The notes beneath the pieces are model-generated. The model did not search any database. It saw only the letters and a list, made by a program, of their open reading frames with translations, and was not told where the DNA came from. A stretch of 64,000 nucleotides of DNA, from NCBI GenBank assembly GCA_030324005.1, contig JARDVH010000025.1:56719978-56783977 (forward strand), given 5' to 3'. Below, piece after piece: positions 38,166 through 50,713 of the stretch (its first letter is position 1; each line of letters starts with the position of its first letter). The DNA is from Negaprion brevirostris. Lineage: Eukaryota. The position numbers were made by a program, and so were the translations under genes.

Positions 38166-39603
38166 TTAAATAATTCTGTTAGTTATGAAGTTACTATTCT
38201 GCATTACTCTATTTTCTAATAAAGTGATAGAAAATCAGATCAAATCACTGGTTTTTAGCACACCTGTCAATGTCATTTTTGGATGGTTTGCATTTATAAT
38301 GTAGAGGAGCCAAGTGGATAATATTCCTATATGCATTAGCAAATTATGTAAATTGATGACACAAGAAACACCACTCGTATTCATAAAAAGCCGGACTAAC
38401 ATATGTCAACTTCCCGAAGCTCGGCAGCAAATATCATAATTTCAGCATAAATGCCCTCATGTTCCATAATTTATCCTTGACTCAGCAAATTTCTTCTGCT
38501 ACTTACAAGATGGACAGTGCCATGATTTAACAATCTGAGCACCTAATTTGCTTTACAGTTTTCAAAATTCATTACCCCTCGTCATATCTAGGTGCTGAAG
38601 AGCAATTTAATGAGGAGCCCATGGACTATGATTGAAATTTCCCCATACCAACACACACGTCCCTCCATGCGTTGGGAAGATATTTAGACAAATGGATCAA
38701 ACATGAACTACTTTGTAATGTAAAAACAGAAGCAATTAAGTAAACTTCTTACCAAGAGAAAGGAAACCGTGTAATGCACATAATCCACTTTAAGGTTAGA
38801 ATGACTAAAAAATTCAGAATTGGTGTTACAAAGATATCAAAATACAAATAACTTCTAATCAGAGCACTAAGCAGTCCTCCAATACTCATTTGGCATTAAT
38901 TTATTTTTTCATTCAGCTATGTAGTATGAAATAAAGTTTGTGACTCTATGAGTTACAGCTTTGATATACAAAGATCATTGTAAATAACTGCAAAGCAGGG
39001 ATTAGCATGTAACCAAACTTTATTATGTTATCCAAAAATCCATGATAAATTCATTTATTTATTCCCCTTGACACCAGAGTAGTAACAATCTCACAACAAA
39101 CTTTAAATCACCAGCATAAAACTTGCCTTTATTTTTTAAAGATAGTTTAAACTCCAGGTTGAATTCTTTCTACACATTTTTAGCTGCAATTGTAAACCAC
39201 GTCACACTTCTGGTGACAAATGGCTGCTAATGATCTTTTGAAAGCAATCAATGCCGCTCTTGGTAAGTGGAAAACACTTGCATTGAAATTTGCTTTTACT
39301 GTGTAAATGACACAGTAAGAACTAATTACTGGTGGCAGTCAGCTAATTAATATTCTAGCATTCTCTGCATTAAATAGAAGTTGTTAGAATCACCTTTAAC
39401 TTTAAAGTATCAGAGCTGTAGTGCTGCAAAGCAAACTTATGATTAAGACATGTAGATTAATTTTACAAGTAGTGGAATTGGTAAGAACTCTACTGATATT
39501 AAATGTGATAGAATCCCAAAACTCAGAAGGGTAATTTGGAACACAAGTTCTTCGTAGTGTATATTTTCAATTTGGTATACCCTGAGAGAAGATTTGCAAT
39601 CAT

Positions 39604-39985
39604 GATGTGGAGATGTCGGCGTTGGACTGGGGTGAACACAGTAAGAAGTCTCATGACACCAGGTTAAAGTCCAACAAGTTTATTTGGTAGAACATCTCAC
39701 TTATTGTTCTCTCACTTACTGTCCTGTCTGAAGACAATACACATCTCTTTAACCTATGCTTAATGCTATCTCCACTCACATTGTCTGCACCTTTAAGACA
39801 TGAATAGCAGATTAGCTGTAAAGACTTGCATTCTAATAGGTTTTCTGTAAACTGTGTGTGCCTTTATATGCCCTGATCAGAACTTTCCACTCACCTGACG
39901 AAGGAACAATGTTCCGAAAGCTTGTGGGTTTACTATCAAATAAATTTGTTGGACTTTAACCTGGTGTCGTGAGAATTCTTACTGT
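39604..39985 (+). mobile_element. Non-autonomous Penelope-like element with 53-bp inverted repeats
   Basis: 39638-39690 and 39933-39985 are inverted at 49/53 positions. Contains a hammerhead motif and AATAAA. Confidence 0.8.
39890..39928 (+). ncRNA. Minimal type I hammerhead ribozyme motif
   Basis: Stem I CUCAC/GUGGG, core CUGACGA (39895-39901), stem II GGAAC-AAU-GUUCC, GAAA (39916-39919) and palindromic AAGCUU in place of stem III. This architecture is known from Penelope-like elements. Confidence 0.7.
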
Positions 39986-40432
39986 ATAAAAATCATTTAG
40001 ACAGTTACATGGGTAATATGGGTCTAGAGAGATATGGGCCAGTTGACTTGCTTAGTCATTTAAAAAAAGGGGTGGCATGGACAATTTGGGCCGAATGGCC
40101 TGCTTCCATGCTGTAAATCTCTATGAATCTATGAATTACTAGAGGCGTAGGTGTAAAGCATGGGCTGTTGGGGCATGGTTTAAAGGAGATGTACGAGGCA
40201 AGATTTTTACACAGAGGTTGGTGGGTGCCTGGAACTTGCTGCAGGGAGAGATCATGGAAACAGATACGATAATGCCTTTTAGGGAGCCTCTTGACAAACA
40301 CATGGATGGAAATGGAGGGATATGGTCCCTGGAAGGTTTTAGTTCCGTTGGGCAGCATGGTCGGTGCAGGCTTAGAGGGCCGAAGGGCCTGTTCCTGTGC
40401 TGTAATTTTCTTTTTCCTTTGTCTTGTTCTTT
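39986..40432 (+). mobile_element. Two tandem CR1 3' ends
   Basis: Tails ending TCTATGAATCTATGA (about 40135) and TTGTTCTTTG (about 40432), with FFTQRLVGAWNLL. Confidence 0.85.
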
Positions 40433-42099
40433 GATAAGTCTGCAGGAGCCAGAGCCTTTCTAGGTGCTAGGTTATCCAGAAAGGACAAGGAAGCTGACCC
40501 TTGATCTGTAGGCCTCCTAGTGAGGATATCAGCCCTATGCCTATTTCCTTTGCTCCGTGCAGCTGCATGTGGTTGTAGAGAAGGCAGCTCCTGCTGTTGC
40601 TGAGTGTTGCATCTTGTCCCCAGAGATTCAAGTAATTGCTGAATGTGTGGATTTGATGTTACTTGGCTGTCTCACCGGCAAGAAGGTGAGATTATCCTCA
40701 AGTGGAACCCAAGGCACTTGATAAAACTTTCACAACGTTGCTGTTCCCAACGAGGCCAATGACTCCAGACTGAAAGAACTGTCTTTCACTGTGACTAACA
40801 ACAGACCTGTCGATTTCACCCTCTGTACTGTCAATATCAGGACAGTTTCACTGCACAGTGATCTCCAGCTCTGCTGTGACCTTCTCCGACTTGACAACAC
40901 ATATGGCGAAATGGGGGAGAAGCAGTTCATGATTGTAATTTTAAATGATCTTTAATTGCCTTTTGTTTCTAGTTGCCTTTTTAAAAAGCTCCATTGCTTC
41001 CCTGCCTGAACCAAAGGCGTTCCCAACTGGAAACTTTCCCAGGCCGCATGGCTGTGAGTGTCCAGCTCGCAACCAATGCCAACTGTGACCTCAAACCAGT
41101 CATGCTTGGACCCAATGGCGCTTGTGGTCTCAAAGTGGTGCAGGTGTGTGGTAAACCCCCGTCTGAGCTTATCCCTGCTCAGATGGACTTTTACACTGAC
41201 CACAAGCTCTGAACCCACCCACCCCCCACTCCCAGGAGCTGGAACCCCATAGCCCAAGCTGCCTTTCAGAAATGTCCTCAGTGCCCTTTCACATTGCATG
41301 GGCNNNNNNNNNNNNNNNNNNNNNNNNNNNNNNNNNNNNNNNNNNNNNNNNNNNNNNNNNNNNNNNNNNNNNNNNNNNNNNNNNNNNNNNNNNNNNNNNN
41401 NNNNNNNNNNNNNNNNNNNNNNNNNNNNNNNNNNNNNNNNNNNNNNNNNNNNNNNNNNNNNNNNNNNNNNNNNNNNNNNNNNNNNNNNNNNNNNNNNNNN
41501 NNNNNNNNNNNNNNNNNNNNNNNNNNNNNNNNNNNNNNNNNNNNNNNNNNNNNNNNNNNNNNNNNNNNNNNNNNNNNNNNNNNNNNNNNNNNNNNNNNNN
41601 NNNNNNNNNNNNNNNNNNNNNNNNNNNNNNNNNNNNNNNNNNNNNNNNNNNNNNNNNNNNNNNNNNNNNNNNNNNNNNNNNNNNNNNNNNNNNNNNNNNN
41701 NNNNNNNNNNNNNNNNNNNNNNNNNNNNNNNNNNNNNNNNNNNNNNNNNNNNNNNNNNNNNNNNNNNNNNNNNNNNNNNNNNNNNNNNNNNNNNNNNNNN
41801 NNNNNNNNNNNNNNNNNNNNNNNNNNNNNNNNNNNNNNNNNNNNNNNNNNNNNNNNNNNNNNNNNNNNNNNNNNNNNNNNNNNNNNNNNNNNNNNNNNNN
41901 NNNNNNNNNNNNNNNNNNNNNNNNNNNNNNNNNNNNNNNNNNNNNNNNNNNNNNNNNNNNNNNNNNNNNNNNNNNNNNNNNNNNNNNNNNNNNNNNNNNN
42001 NNNNNNNNNNNNNNNNNNNNNNNNNNNNNNNNNNNNNNNNNNNNNNNNNNNNNNNNNNNNNNNNNNNNNNNNNNNNNNNNNNNNNNNNNNNNNNNNNNG

Positions 42100-42255
42100 A
42101 CACTTTAGGAACTTTCAAGTGGTTATTGGATCGGCACATGAAGCACTCCAGAATTATAGGGAGGGATAGCTTAATCTTGGGATTGGACATAGCTTGGCAC
42201 AACATTGAGGGCCAAAGGACCTGTACTGTGCTGTACTGTTCAATGTTTCTATGTA
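42100..42255 (+). mobile_element. CR1 3' end
   Basis: TLGTFKWLLDRHM followed by the CR1 tail. Confidence 0.85.
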
Positions 42256-42502
42256 TCTATTCTTCAAGAACTGAGTTTACAACATGACTGAGGATGCACA
42301 ACTTTGAAGCCGAATGAATGAAATTTGACGAGAACGGTGATTCCCAAACAGTCAATCCTCGAGTCTTGAAAAGAACATTGTTATTGGCTGGCCAACCACT
42401 GCCGAAAATGCATGGAACCCGCGATTCTCGTGACAAGCGAATGAGGTCACTGAGTACTAAGTCACAGACACCAAAATGTGATCTGAGCTGGGTGAAGACA
42501 AA

Positions 42503-43095
42503 ATGATGGGCAAAGAACCAGCGACCTCCAAGAGGACAAAAACCTACCACTTCCACCAGGAAGGGGCAAGTGAATTCATTTTTCCGAATGTCAACAACAA
42601 GACCATTTGTTTCATTTGTCAGCAGAATGTAGCCTTGAGTAAAACTAGTAATTTGGAACGGCATCACAAAACAATGCATTCAAAATTTCAAGAAAATATA
42701 CCTTTAAATAGTGCTATTTGGACAAAAAATGTTGGGAGTTAAAGGGAATGGTGAAAGCACAACTCTTCCTAACCTATGGCTAAAGGCAAGGCTAACAAAA
42801 AAGCATCTTTTCACATCAGCCATCTGCTGGTGATAGATAAGAAACTGTTCACCTATGGTGAAGTTATCAAGGACGCCGACGCTGGATGGTTGCTGCCGAC
42901 ACTGTTCAAAGACTTTAAAAAGATAAAATTATGATGGCCATCAAGAGCATGCTGCTTGGTTAACAGTAGCCAGAAGGGTGAAATTCTTATCCAAGGATGT
43001 GTCTCAGCAAATACACCAAGGCATATCAAGCTGTGAATGTTTCTCACTGCAGTTTGATGAGTCACTAGACATGACAGAACAGCCCCGCAGATTGC
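42503..43095 (+). pseudogene. Buster/Charlie-type hAT transposase fossil (GTF2IRD2/SPIN-like), 5' half
   Basis: BED-like zinc finger CFIC...NLERHHKTMH, then ASFHISHLL..KKLFTYGEVIK, VARRV and FSLQFDESLD (first catalytic Asp). Frameshifts are present and it is cut by a gap. Confidence 0.9.
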
Positions 43096-43552
43096 CNNNN
43101 NNNNNNNNNNNNNNNNNNNNNNNNNNNNNNNNNNNNNNNNNNNNNNNNNNNNNNNNNNNNNNNNNNNNNNNNNNNNNNNNNNNNNNNNNNNNNNNNNNNN
43201 NNNNNNNNNNNNNNNNNNNNNNNNNNNNNNNNNNNNNNNNNNNNNNNNNNNNNNNNNNNNNNNNNNNNNNNNNNNNNNNNNNNNNNNNNNNNNNNNNNNN
43301 NNNNNNNNNNGAAGGGCCTGTTTGTGCTGTAGTGTTCTATGTTCTATGTTTATGGGCACGTCTTAAGTTTAAAATGGCTCAAACATGGCATGCGGTCCCA
43401 ACTAATTGAGGGGAAGGAATATGAAAGAAATAGAATGGCTTTGGATATTTTCAGTAATTATTTGCATTCTGAAGTCATCTGTTATAATCAACTCTGCTTA
43501 AATCTTTGGATACAATGATAATGAAGATCGCCCTTATTCTCAGTCACAGTTT

Positions 43553-43831
43553 TAAAGTTCTTAGTGTCACAAGTAGGCTTACATTAATACTGCAATTAAG
43601 TTATTGTGAAAATCCCCTCGTTGCCACGTTCTGGCACTAGTTTGGGTACACTAGGGGAGGATTTAGCATGGCCAATGCACCTAACCAGAACGTCTTTCAG
43701 ACTGTGGGAGGAAATCAGAGCACCCAGAGAAAACCCACACAGATGGGGAGAACATGCAAACTTTGCACAGTGACCCAAATCAAACCCGGGTTCCTGATGC
43801 TGTGATGCAGCAGTACTAACCACTGTGCCAC
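43553..43831 (-). mobile_element. V-SINE with the alternative (non-CR1) tail
   Basis: Same head and V-domain as HE1, but the tail is GGGGATTTTCACAATAACTTAATTGCAGTATTAATGTAAGCCTACTTGTGACACTAA. Confidence 0.9.
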
Positions 43832-46800
43832 AGTTTTATGCTAGTACAAAGAACAGGATGGGTTTAATGTTTATGTATAAACAGAATAAGCAATTATTAT
43901 TTTCTTTCCATTAGTTTTAAGTAACAGTTAGCAAAAAATTAANNNNNNNNNNNNNNNNNNNNNNNNNNNNNNNNNNNNNNNNNNNNNNNNNNNNNNNNNN
44001 NNNNNNNNNNNNNNNNNNNNNNNNNNNNNNNNNNNNNNNNNNNNNNNNNNNNNNNNNNNNNNNNNNNNNTTATTGCACTTTATTATTAAAATGAAGCAAC
44101 AGTAAGGACTGGACACTAGCAACTTGTACTTAATCTTCAGATTCTCTTCACTGTGTGTAAAACCATGAAGATGCATACATATTATACACAGCAGACAGCA
44201 CATTTTAATTTATTTCTTCATGAGATGTGGGTATTGCTGGCTAGGCCAGCATTTATTGTCCTTCTTTAATTAGTGCAAGGTAGAAATGGAGCCATTGAAA
44301 ATCCTTTCCAAAATGCTTGTTTTCTTTGCAGCGCACTTTTTATTAATGCTGTCTGGTCTGCAGTTTTATGATGTGACAGATACATTGGTATTGATTCCCC
44401 AGCTGGTGAGTTAATAACCTCTGTCCGAGATGATGCCAACTAACAGCCACAGACTTCCAACAGAAAGGAGGAAACAGTAGTGGACAGGGCTGAAAAGAGA
44501 AGTTCGCTGAGATTGTAGCTTCCAGCACTTAAATGAACAATGCCACCTATCAAATTACTTGCAAATGACCATCCTTTTCCTATTACACTACATTTGGGCG
44601 AGTATATTGGCCCATTAAAGGTGAAATCAGACAGTAATTTTAACATGCAGTTACACTGCAGAAATGGAGATGGTCAATTTGAAGCAAAATGTAAACAACA
44701 GAACAGGCTGAAGACTGTGTACTTCCAACCAATCTAATTACATGAAAGAGCTTTAAGTGATCTGTTACAGACTGAACATGGAGTCCATTCCAATTCTTAA
44801 TCAGGATGTTTGTGTGAGGTGTATGTACTTCCTTGTCCTCAAGAGTGGTTTTTCTCAATTTAAGTTCCAGCAGCAGGTGTTTCAATTATTTTGGAAATAA
44901 AGGAGGTTATTTACTATCTCACAATTTCTCAATCACTTATCTCACTCACATCACACACAGAAAGATAAGATTCAGATGAAGTTAAAGCCATAATTATACA
45001 AATTAAATTTATAACTCAGTCTTTATGTTGATGCGGGGCTGATGTCTTCCTAGTCAATACTTTAGCTGGGGTGAGGAATTTTAGAAACAAAAGATTCTCA
45101 TGAAGCCTCTTTCAGATGAACAGCTGCGAGATGAGTTCTCAGATGGATTTGGAAGCTGGAACAAGTACAGTACTTTGCATGAGAAAACTTTCAGCTATAA
45201 TGGTTCAGCTGTTTCTTCTCTTCTTCATTCAGGATATTTTAAATGGCATTCCCTGAAAGTTAGTTTCAGCCACATGACTGCAGTGTTAACACATCTGGGG
45301 TCCAGGCAAACACGATACAATGTCAGGTGACAATGGTTATTCACTCTTACATCTGCCTCACCTTGAACTCAAATATTCTCCTTTGTTCAATATGGCATTG
45401 GAGGCCAGCAGCCTAGAGATCCCATATTCCTCAAATGTCGGTTCATCCTTAAGCAATGAGATGTGTAAACTTCACAGGTGAAGTATCCTTATTCAGCTCC
45501 ATGTTTAACTAAATACAGGTTACAAAATCAAATACTGTCCACAGTTAAAATGCATCTAGTCACATATTAAGTTGTAGCCAGCTTTCAACAAGTATAATCT
45601 TATAATTTGTAACATCCAATATTCCCTCATGCATGTCCTCAACATGGAATATTATAAAAAATGTGTATATTAAACATACACAGCCAATACTACGTTGAAA
45701 GGTCGCACCTGATGAATCAAAACTTAGGTAATGACAGCTAATATATTCAATAAAACTTCACCAGCTTGTAAGAAGGGTTTCAAAGTCTTATACAAACTCC
45801 CTTCCTGTGTTGACTTACCAATGTACGTTTTCATTCTTACCCGGGAGCTTTTCAGCTGACTTCAATTACTGATTGTTAGAATTGAGCACCGCCACTTCAA
45901 CACCTGGGTGCCAAGTGGGATACACCTGAGCCTCAAACTGTCAGCATCAAGTACCTTTAATTTCAATCCAGGGGAATGCTAGTAGACATTTCAATGATTT
46001 CTTTAAGCACTGTTGTTCAAATTGCACACATTCTGAAACAATTCTGACAGAACCAAATTTTCAGAAGGGACAAAACTGAAACCATTCAGATACTCTATCA
46101 CGGTATGGATAGACACGTTACTTTCTTGTGCTTAATGCTTTCAAATAACAGGTCTAATGTTTGACCTTAGGAAAGGCTCTTGTCCATTTCATGTGGCTTC
46201 TGGGTAATGAAAGCTAAATCTATAGTTCTACCCTGTACAATCTACAAATTACACAGCTAATTTTATCTGGCAACTGTGCAAATGAAAGTCATAAATTACC
46301 AGCTGACACATCAGCTGCCAGAATGTTTGCAGCACCTCCTCATGTCTGTCCAGTAATTGAGGATTCTAATGGCCACTGTTCTGTATGTACTGAAGTAATA
46401 ATAACAGCATCTCTGTGCTACAAGCACGCTAAATGACAGTCCAAGTAACAGGCAGCAATATGTCAGTGGGAAGCAGGCAAAACTATAATTTCTGCTAACA
46501 TCTGGTTAGTGAGGCATTATTCTCCACTTAAAAGTTCTTGGAGCCTGGAAATTTGTTTTCAGTTTTGATGGACACCAAAATTAATACACAATGCAATGCA
46601 TTAAGAACGAAAATATGTTGCAAATAACATGGGGGAAAAAAAACGAGCTTTGTACAATAACTTTAATTGGGTCCTAAAAATGTAATGTTTCCATGGCACA
46701 CTGATGCAGGACAGGCTGTTGCAAATGAATACTGGAAATCAAACTTTGGGTGCAATCCTATTGCTGAAGCACTTCAATAAGACCACAGTAAAGAAAGGAA

Positions 46801-47490
46801 ATCACAAGTGCTTTCTTTTGAATTAATCTTTTCACTGATAACATCAAAGTACCTTTATTATCTGGTCCAATGGTTAGTACTGATTGGTGTCCATTAACCA
46901 GTGTCTTCTGATGCCAGACTGATATTTATGATAATCAGTACGAATAAAAGCAGCAAATATGCGCAGACACACGCACACAGACACGCGCAGGATAGGAACA
47001 GAAAACAAGGAATATAATGCTATGGTCCCTTTAGTTATCCTGAATTACTAGAAGTGCATTTCAAGAGAAGAAAATTAGTTTCTAAATTCCATTCTCTTTG
47101 CTGAGTGTTTTATACACATTCTCATTGAGAATGTTTTCCTTCACATATAATACTCTGCTCCAATTTGTGATTTGCAGAACAGGACCTTGGAATGGTGTGG
47201 GTGGCGAGAGTGCGTGGGTGGGGGGAGGAGGTGAATGAACCTCAAAGGGCTAGTTGTCTCATTCATTCATTGTAACTCCAGAGAGAAATAAAAAAAAACT
47301 TCAACATATGAATACGTGGAGTGCTTCTCATGACATGGGATGGCACAAAATGCTTTACAGCCATTTTTGAATTGTAGTCACTGATGTAACATAGGAAATA
47401 TGGTAGCCAAAAAGTGCATAGAAAATTATCACAAACAACAACAAGAAGATAATGACCAGATAATCTTTGTGATGTTGATTAACAGATATT

Positions 47491-47740
47491 TTGTAAAGAT
47501 TTGTTCAATCAGCCTCACCAAGATGTTCAGAGGTTGGTAAGGTTGAACAATAGTGTTTATTGGTAACATAACTATACACATGTATGAAAAGTATAGGCCA
47601 AACTAGGAGCTAATTTCATGCTGATCTCTACTCAAGTCTCTCAATGTAACTCTACTGTCTACTGCCATGTGTCTCTCCACATAATACTGTGGGCCACATG
47701 GTTCACCAGTTTCATATTAACCCGACACTCTCATACCACA
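47491..47740 (-). mobile_element. Candidate solo LTR nested in the Deu SINE
   Basis: TGTAAAG...ATACCACA termini and a minus-strand AATAAA near 47556. It interrupts an otherwise continuous SINE. Confidence 0.45.
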
Positions 47741-48020
47741 TGGTGGCACAGTGGTTAGCACTGCTGCCTCAAAGTGCCAGGGACGCAGGTTCGATTCCCA
47801 GCTTGGGTCACTGTCAGAGCGGAGTCTGCACATACTCCCCATGTCTGTGTGGGTTTCCAAAAGACGTGCTGGTTAGGTGCACTGGCTATACTAAATTCTC
47901 TCACTGCATGCCTGAACAGACGCTGGAGTATGGTGATAGGGATTTTCACAGTAACTTCATTGAAGTGTTAACGTAAACTGAATTGTGACACCAATAAATA
48001 AAGAAACAAATAAATAAACA
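47738..48020 (+). mobile_element. V-SINE with the alternative tail
   Basis: Box B GGTTCGATTCC, V-domain and tail GGGATTTTCACAGTAACTTCATTG...AATAAATAAA. Confidence 0.9.
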
Positions 48021-48200
48021 TAGGATAAATATTGGCTAGGACACCAAGGATAACTACCCTGCTCTACTTTGTCAGATGTGGCCTTGTATTAACATCACAC
48101 CTGAAAGACAGCACCTCCAACAGTTCAGCACTCCCTCAGTATAGCACTGGAGTCTTGATTTTTGTATTCAAGCATTGAAGTGGAACTTAAACCAGAACCT

Positions 48201-48322
48201 AGGGTGGAATTTTACAGCCTTGCTCGGGCGAGATCGCAAAATCCTGACCGAGACCAACAGAGATTTCCGTTCTAGGAACCCTACCACCCTGATTCCAGGG
48301 TGGGTAAGGTGGTAGGGTTTCA
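48201..48322. mobile_element. Short GC-rich MITE-like repeat
   Basis: GGAATTTTACAGCCTTGCTC...GCAAAATCC...CCGAG.CAACAGA.ATTTCC is shared with 60208-60330. Confidence 0.6.
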
Positions 48323-48439
48323 GCNNNNNNNNNNNNNNNNNNNNNNNNNNNNNNNNNNNNNNNNNNNNNAGTATCTCAGAGGTAAGCATACAACCCCTGA
48401 GAAACAGTTGGCAATCAAGGATGCCATCAATTACACAGA

Positions 48440-48730
48440 ATCAAAAAAATGGAATCATCAAATAGTTACTGCAGAAAAAGTGGCCATTTGGACCACTGTT
48501 TCTGTGATAGACCTCTTAACGAGCAAACTAATAAGCCACTTCCCTGTCTTTCCCCCCAAAACACTGAAAATTTCCCTTTTTGATAACCATCCAATTCTCT
48601 TTTGAAAACGTCAATTGGCCCTGCTTCCTCCATATAATCTCAGCCAGTGCATTCCAGATCCAAACCACTCGTGTGAAAAAACTTTTCCTCATGTTGTAAT
48701 CGCTTCTTTTGTCAATTACCTTAAATATAT
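48440..48730 (-). mobile_element. CR1 3' fragment
   Basis: MRKSFFTRVVWIWNAL on the minus strand, plus the CR1 tail. Confidence 0.75.
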
Positions 48731-49489
48731 TGGAGTCTTGCTATTGTCACTTTAAATAAAATCCTCTGAAATCAACTCTCCTACAGAGATCAACTCATGT
48801 CAGCATTTAAAGAAAGATAGACTTGCACATGTGTAGTTCCTTTCATGATTGCAGGATACCCAAAGGTGTATAACAGTTTGTTATTGTATATTTTAATAGA
48901 CATTCACTAAATGGGAAAGAACTAACTGTATATGAAAAACAATCTTGCAGTAAAGCAATCCCCAGTCTAACTGGTATGACAAGCAGAAACCTTCTTCTTA
49001 AAAGGATGAAAGGTAATGGAGGATAATGCCACCAAATTAAATAATTGCATAAAACTACATTGTTCTATAAAAGAATGAAACGTATTTCATTCACAAACTA
49101 TTGTGCGACTCCAGGCTGATCTTCAAAGTCATTTATAAATTTCAATACCTTTGGGCAAAGTGGCCTGGGATGTGGAGAAAATGGAATGCATTCTCATTTC
49201 ATAAGCAAGTCTCCGTTAAGGCCATTTACTGAAAATATACATAAAATCCAAAATATCTTCAGTCAGCGAAACATCTTTAGATGCATCTTTCTCAAAAACT
49301 AAATATGTTGATTCATTTTAAAAAGGCATTATTTGTTGTTTCTTCCCTATTACTCAGTATCACTGTTATTCTTGTCCACAGAAAAATACATTTGAAAACA
49401 CCATACCATCAATACAATTACATTACACTGCATAAGTATATTCTCGAATTGAAGAATGGGCAGACAAAAGGCAAGAAGGGATAATTATC

Positions 49490-50650
49490 TAAATCTAAAA
49501 TCACCATTATGTTGTTATGATCTTGATAGAGGCCAGCAACATGCTTTTTTAGAATCTGAAAACCTATGTATTGAACTCCATCTGCCGTGTTTCTGTCCAT
49601 TTCACGATCCTGACAACCCCATCCTCATCACTATCTGCCACATTGGTAAGTTTCATATCATCTACAAATTTAATCATACTGCTCTGTTTATCTGAACAAG
49701 GGTTATTAAAATAGATGGAAACAAGGTAATCGGCACAAAACTGACTGTAGAGAGATTTCACTGCAAACCACCTGAAAAATATGCATCCATCACCAGTACC
49801 CTCTGCATCCTGTCACTGAGCCAATTCCACATCCTTACTGCCACTTTCTATCAATTACAGGAGCGTTTCAAAAAGTCTTTTTGATAGCGCTTCGTTAAAC
49901 ACCTCCTGAAAAACCACAGATACAGAACATTTGCACTAGCTTGATTAACCTTCCTGGTTACCTCAAAAACATTCAATCAAGTGAGCCAGAAATGAATTGC
50001 TTTTCACAAATCCATGCTGGCTTTTCATGTTAAATATAAAATGAAACTATTTTGCTCATGATTATGGTTTTCAATTNNNNNNNNNNNNNNNNNNNNNNNN
50101 NNNNNNNNNNNNNNNNNNNNNNNNNNNNNNNNNNNNNNNNNNNNNNNNNNNNNNNNNNNNNNNNNNNNNNNNNNNNTATTTTGCTCATGATTATGGTTTT
50201 CAATTACTTGCCCACCACTGGTTTTAGGCCAACTACCTTGTAGTTTTCTGCATTTATCCTTTCTGAATTAGGATTAGGACATTTAACAACCCTCCTCTGC
50301 CAGTACTCCTGCATCGAGCAACGATTAAAAGATTGAGAACAATGCCTCTGCAATTTCTACCTTGGCTTCTTTCAACAACCTAGGATGCAACTTGCCCAAA
50401 CCAAATAATCCTAACCTTTTCAACATATCTTCATTTATCTATTGCTATTGTATCCATGAGTTCATTCTTTCTTCTAATGTAAACTTCACGTTATTCCTCT
50501 GTGAAGACATCTATTTAATACTTGAACTCTGCTCTTCACTTCTACATGAAGATTTTCCTTTGGCCTTTAATAGGACCAACTTTTTCCTTCACCATCTCTT
50601 TCCATATTATATGTTTGCAAATTTCTTAAAGTTCTATTTAATAACATCTG
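49490..50650 (-). mobile_element. Old CR1-like RT remnant
   Basis: IKFVDDMKL...KWTETRQMEFN, QHGFVK and ENYKVVGL remnants. Confidence 0.7.
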
Positions 50651-50713
50651 ACCTTTTTCATAACCTCTCTTTGCCTCCCACATAAATCTCTCAATTCCCT
50701 TCAGTACCTACCG

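Larger units (their letters stand above)
47300..48200 (-). mobile_element. Deu-domain SINE split by nested insertions
   Basis: Tail at 47300-47485 and Deu/head region at 48020-48200 (GATAAATATTGGCTAGGACACCAAGGATAAC, CAGCACTCCCTCAGT). Confidence 0.75.

Noticed and set aside
38752-38805. Possible 52-bp minus-strand exon with a GTAAGA donor
   Set aside because: Short pyrimidine tract, and no similarity to the expected mannosidase exon.
38860-38885. Minus-strand IGGLLSA resembling the mannosidase VGGLLSA motif
   Set aside because: Flanking residues and splice sites do not match, so it is treated as coincidence.
40952-42287. Long ORFs of 278-417 aa (similar cases at 7676-8325 and 31420-32157)
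   Set aside because: Artefacts of reading through N gaps.
45810-45930. Two consensus minus-strand donors (GTAAGT, GTAAGA)
   Set aside because: Stops in all frames upstream and no good acceptor.
50048-50205. Exact 29-bp direct repeat
   Set aside because: It flanks a 100-N gap on both sides, which indicates an unmerged contig overlap.
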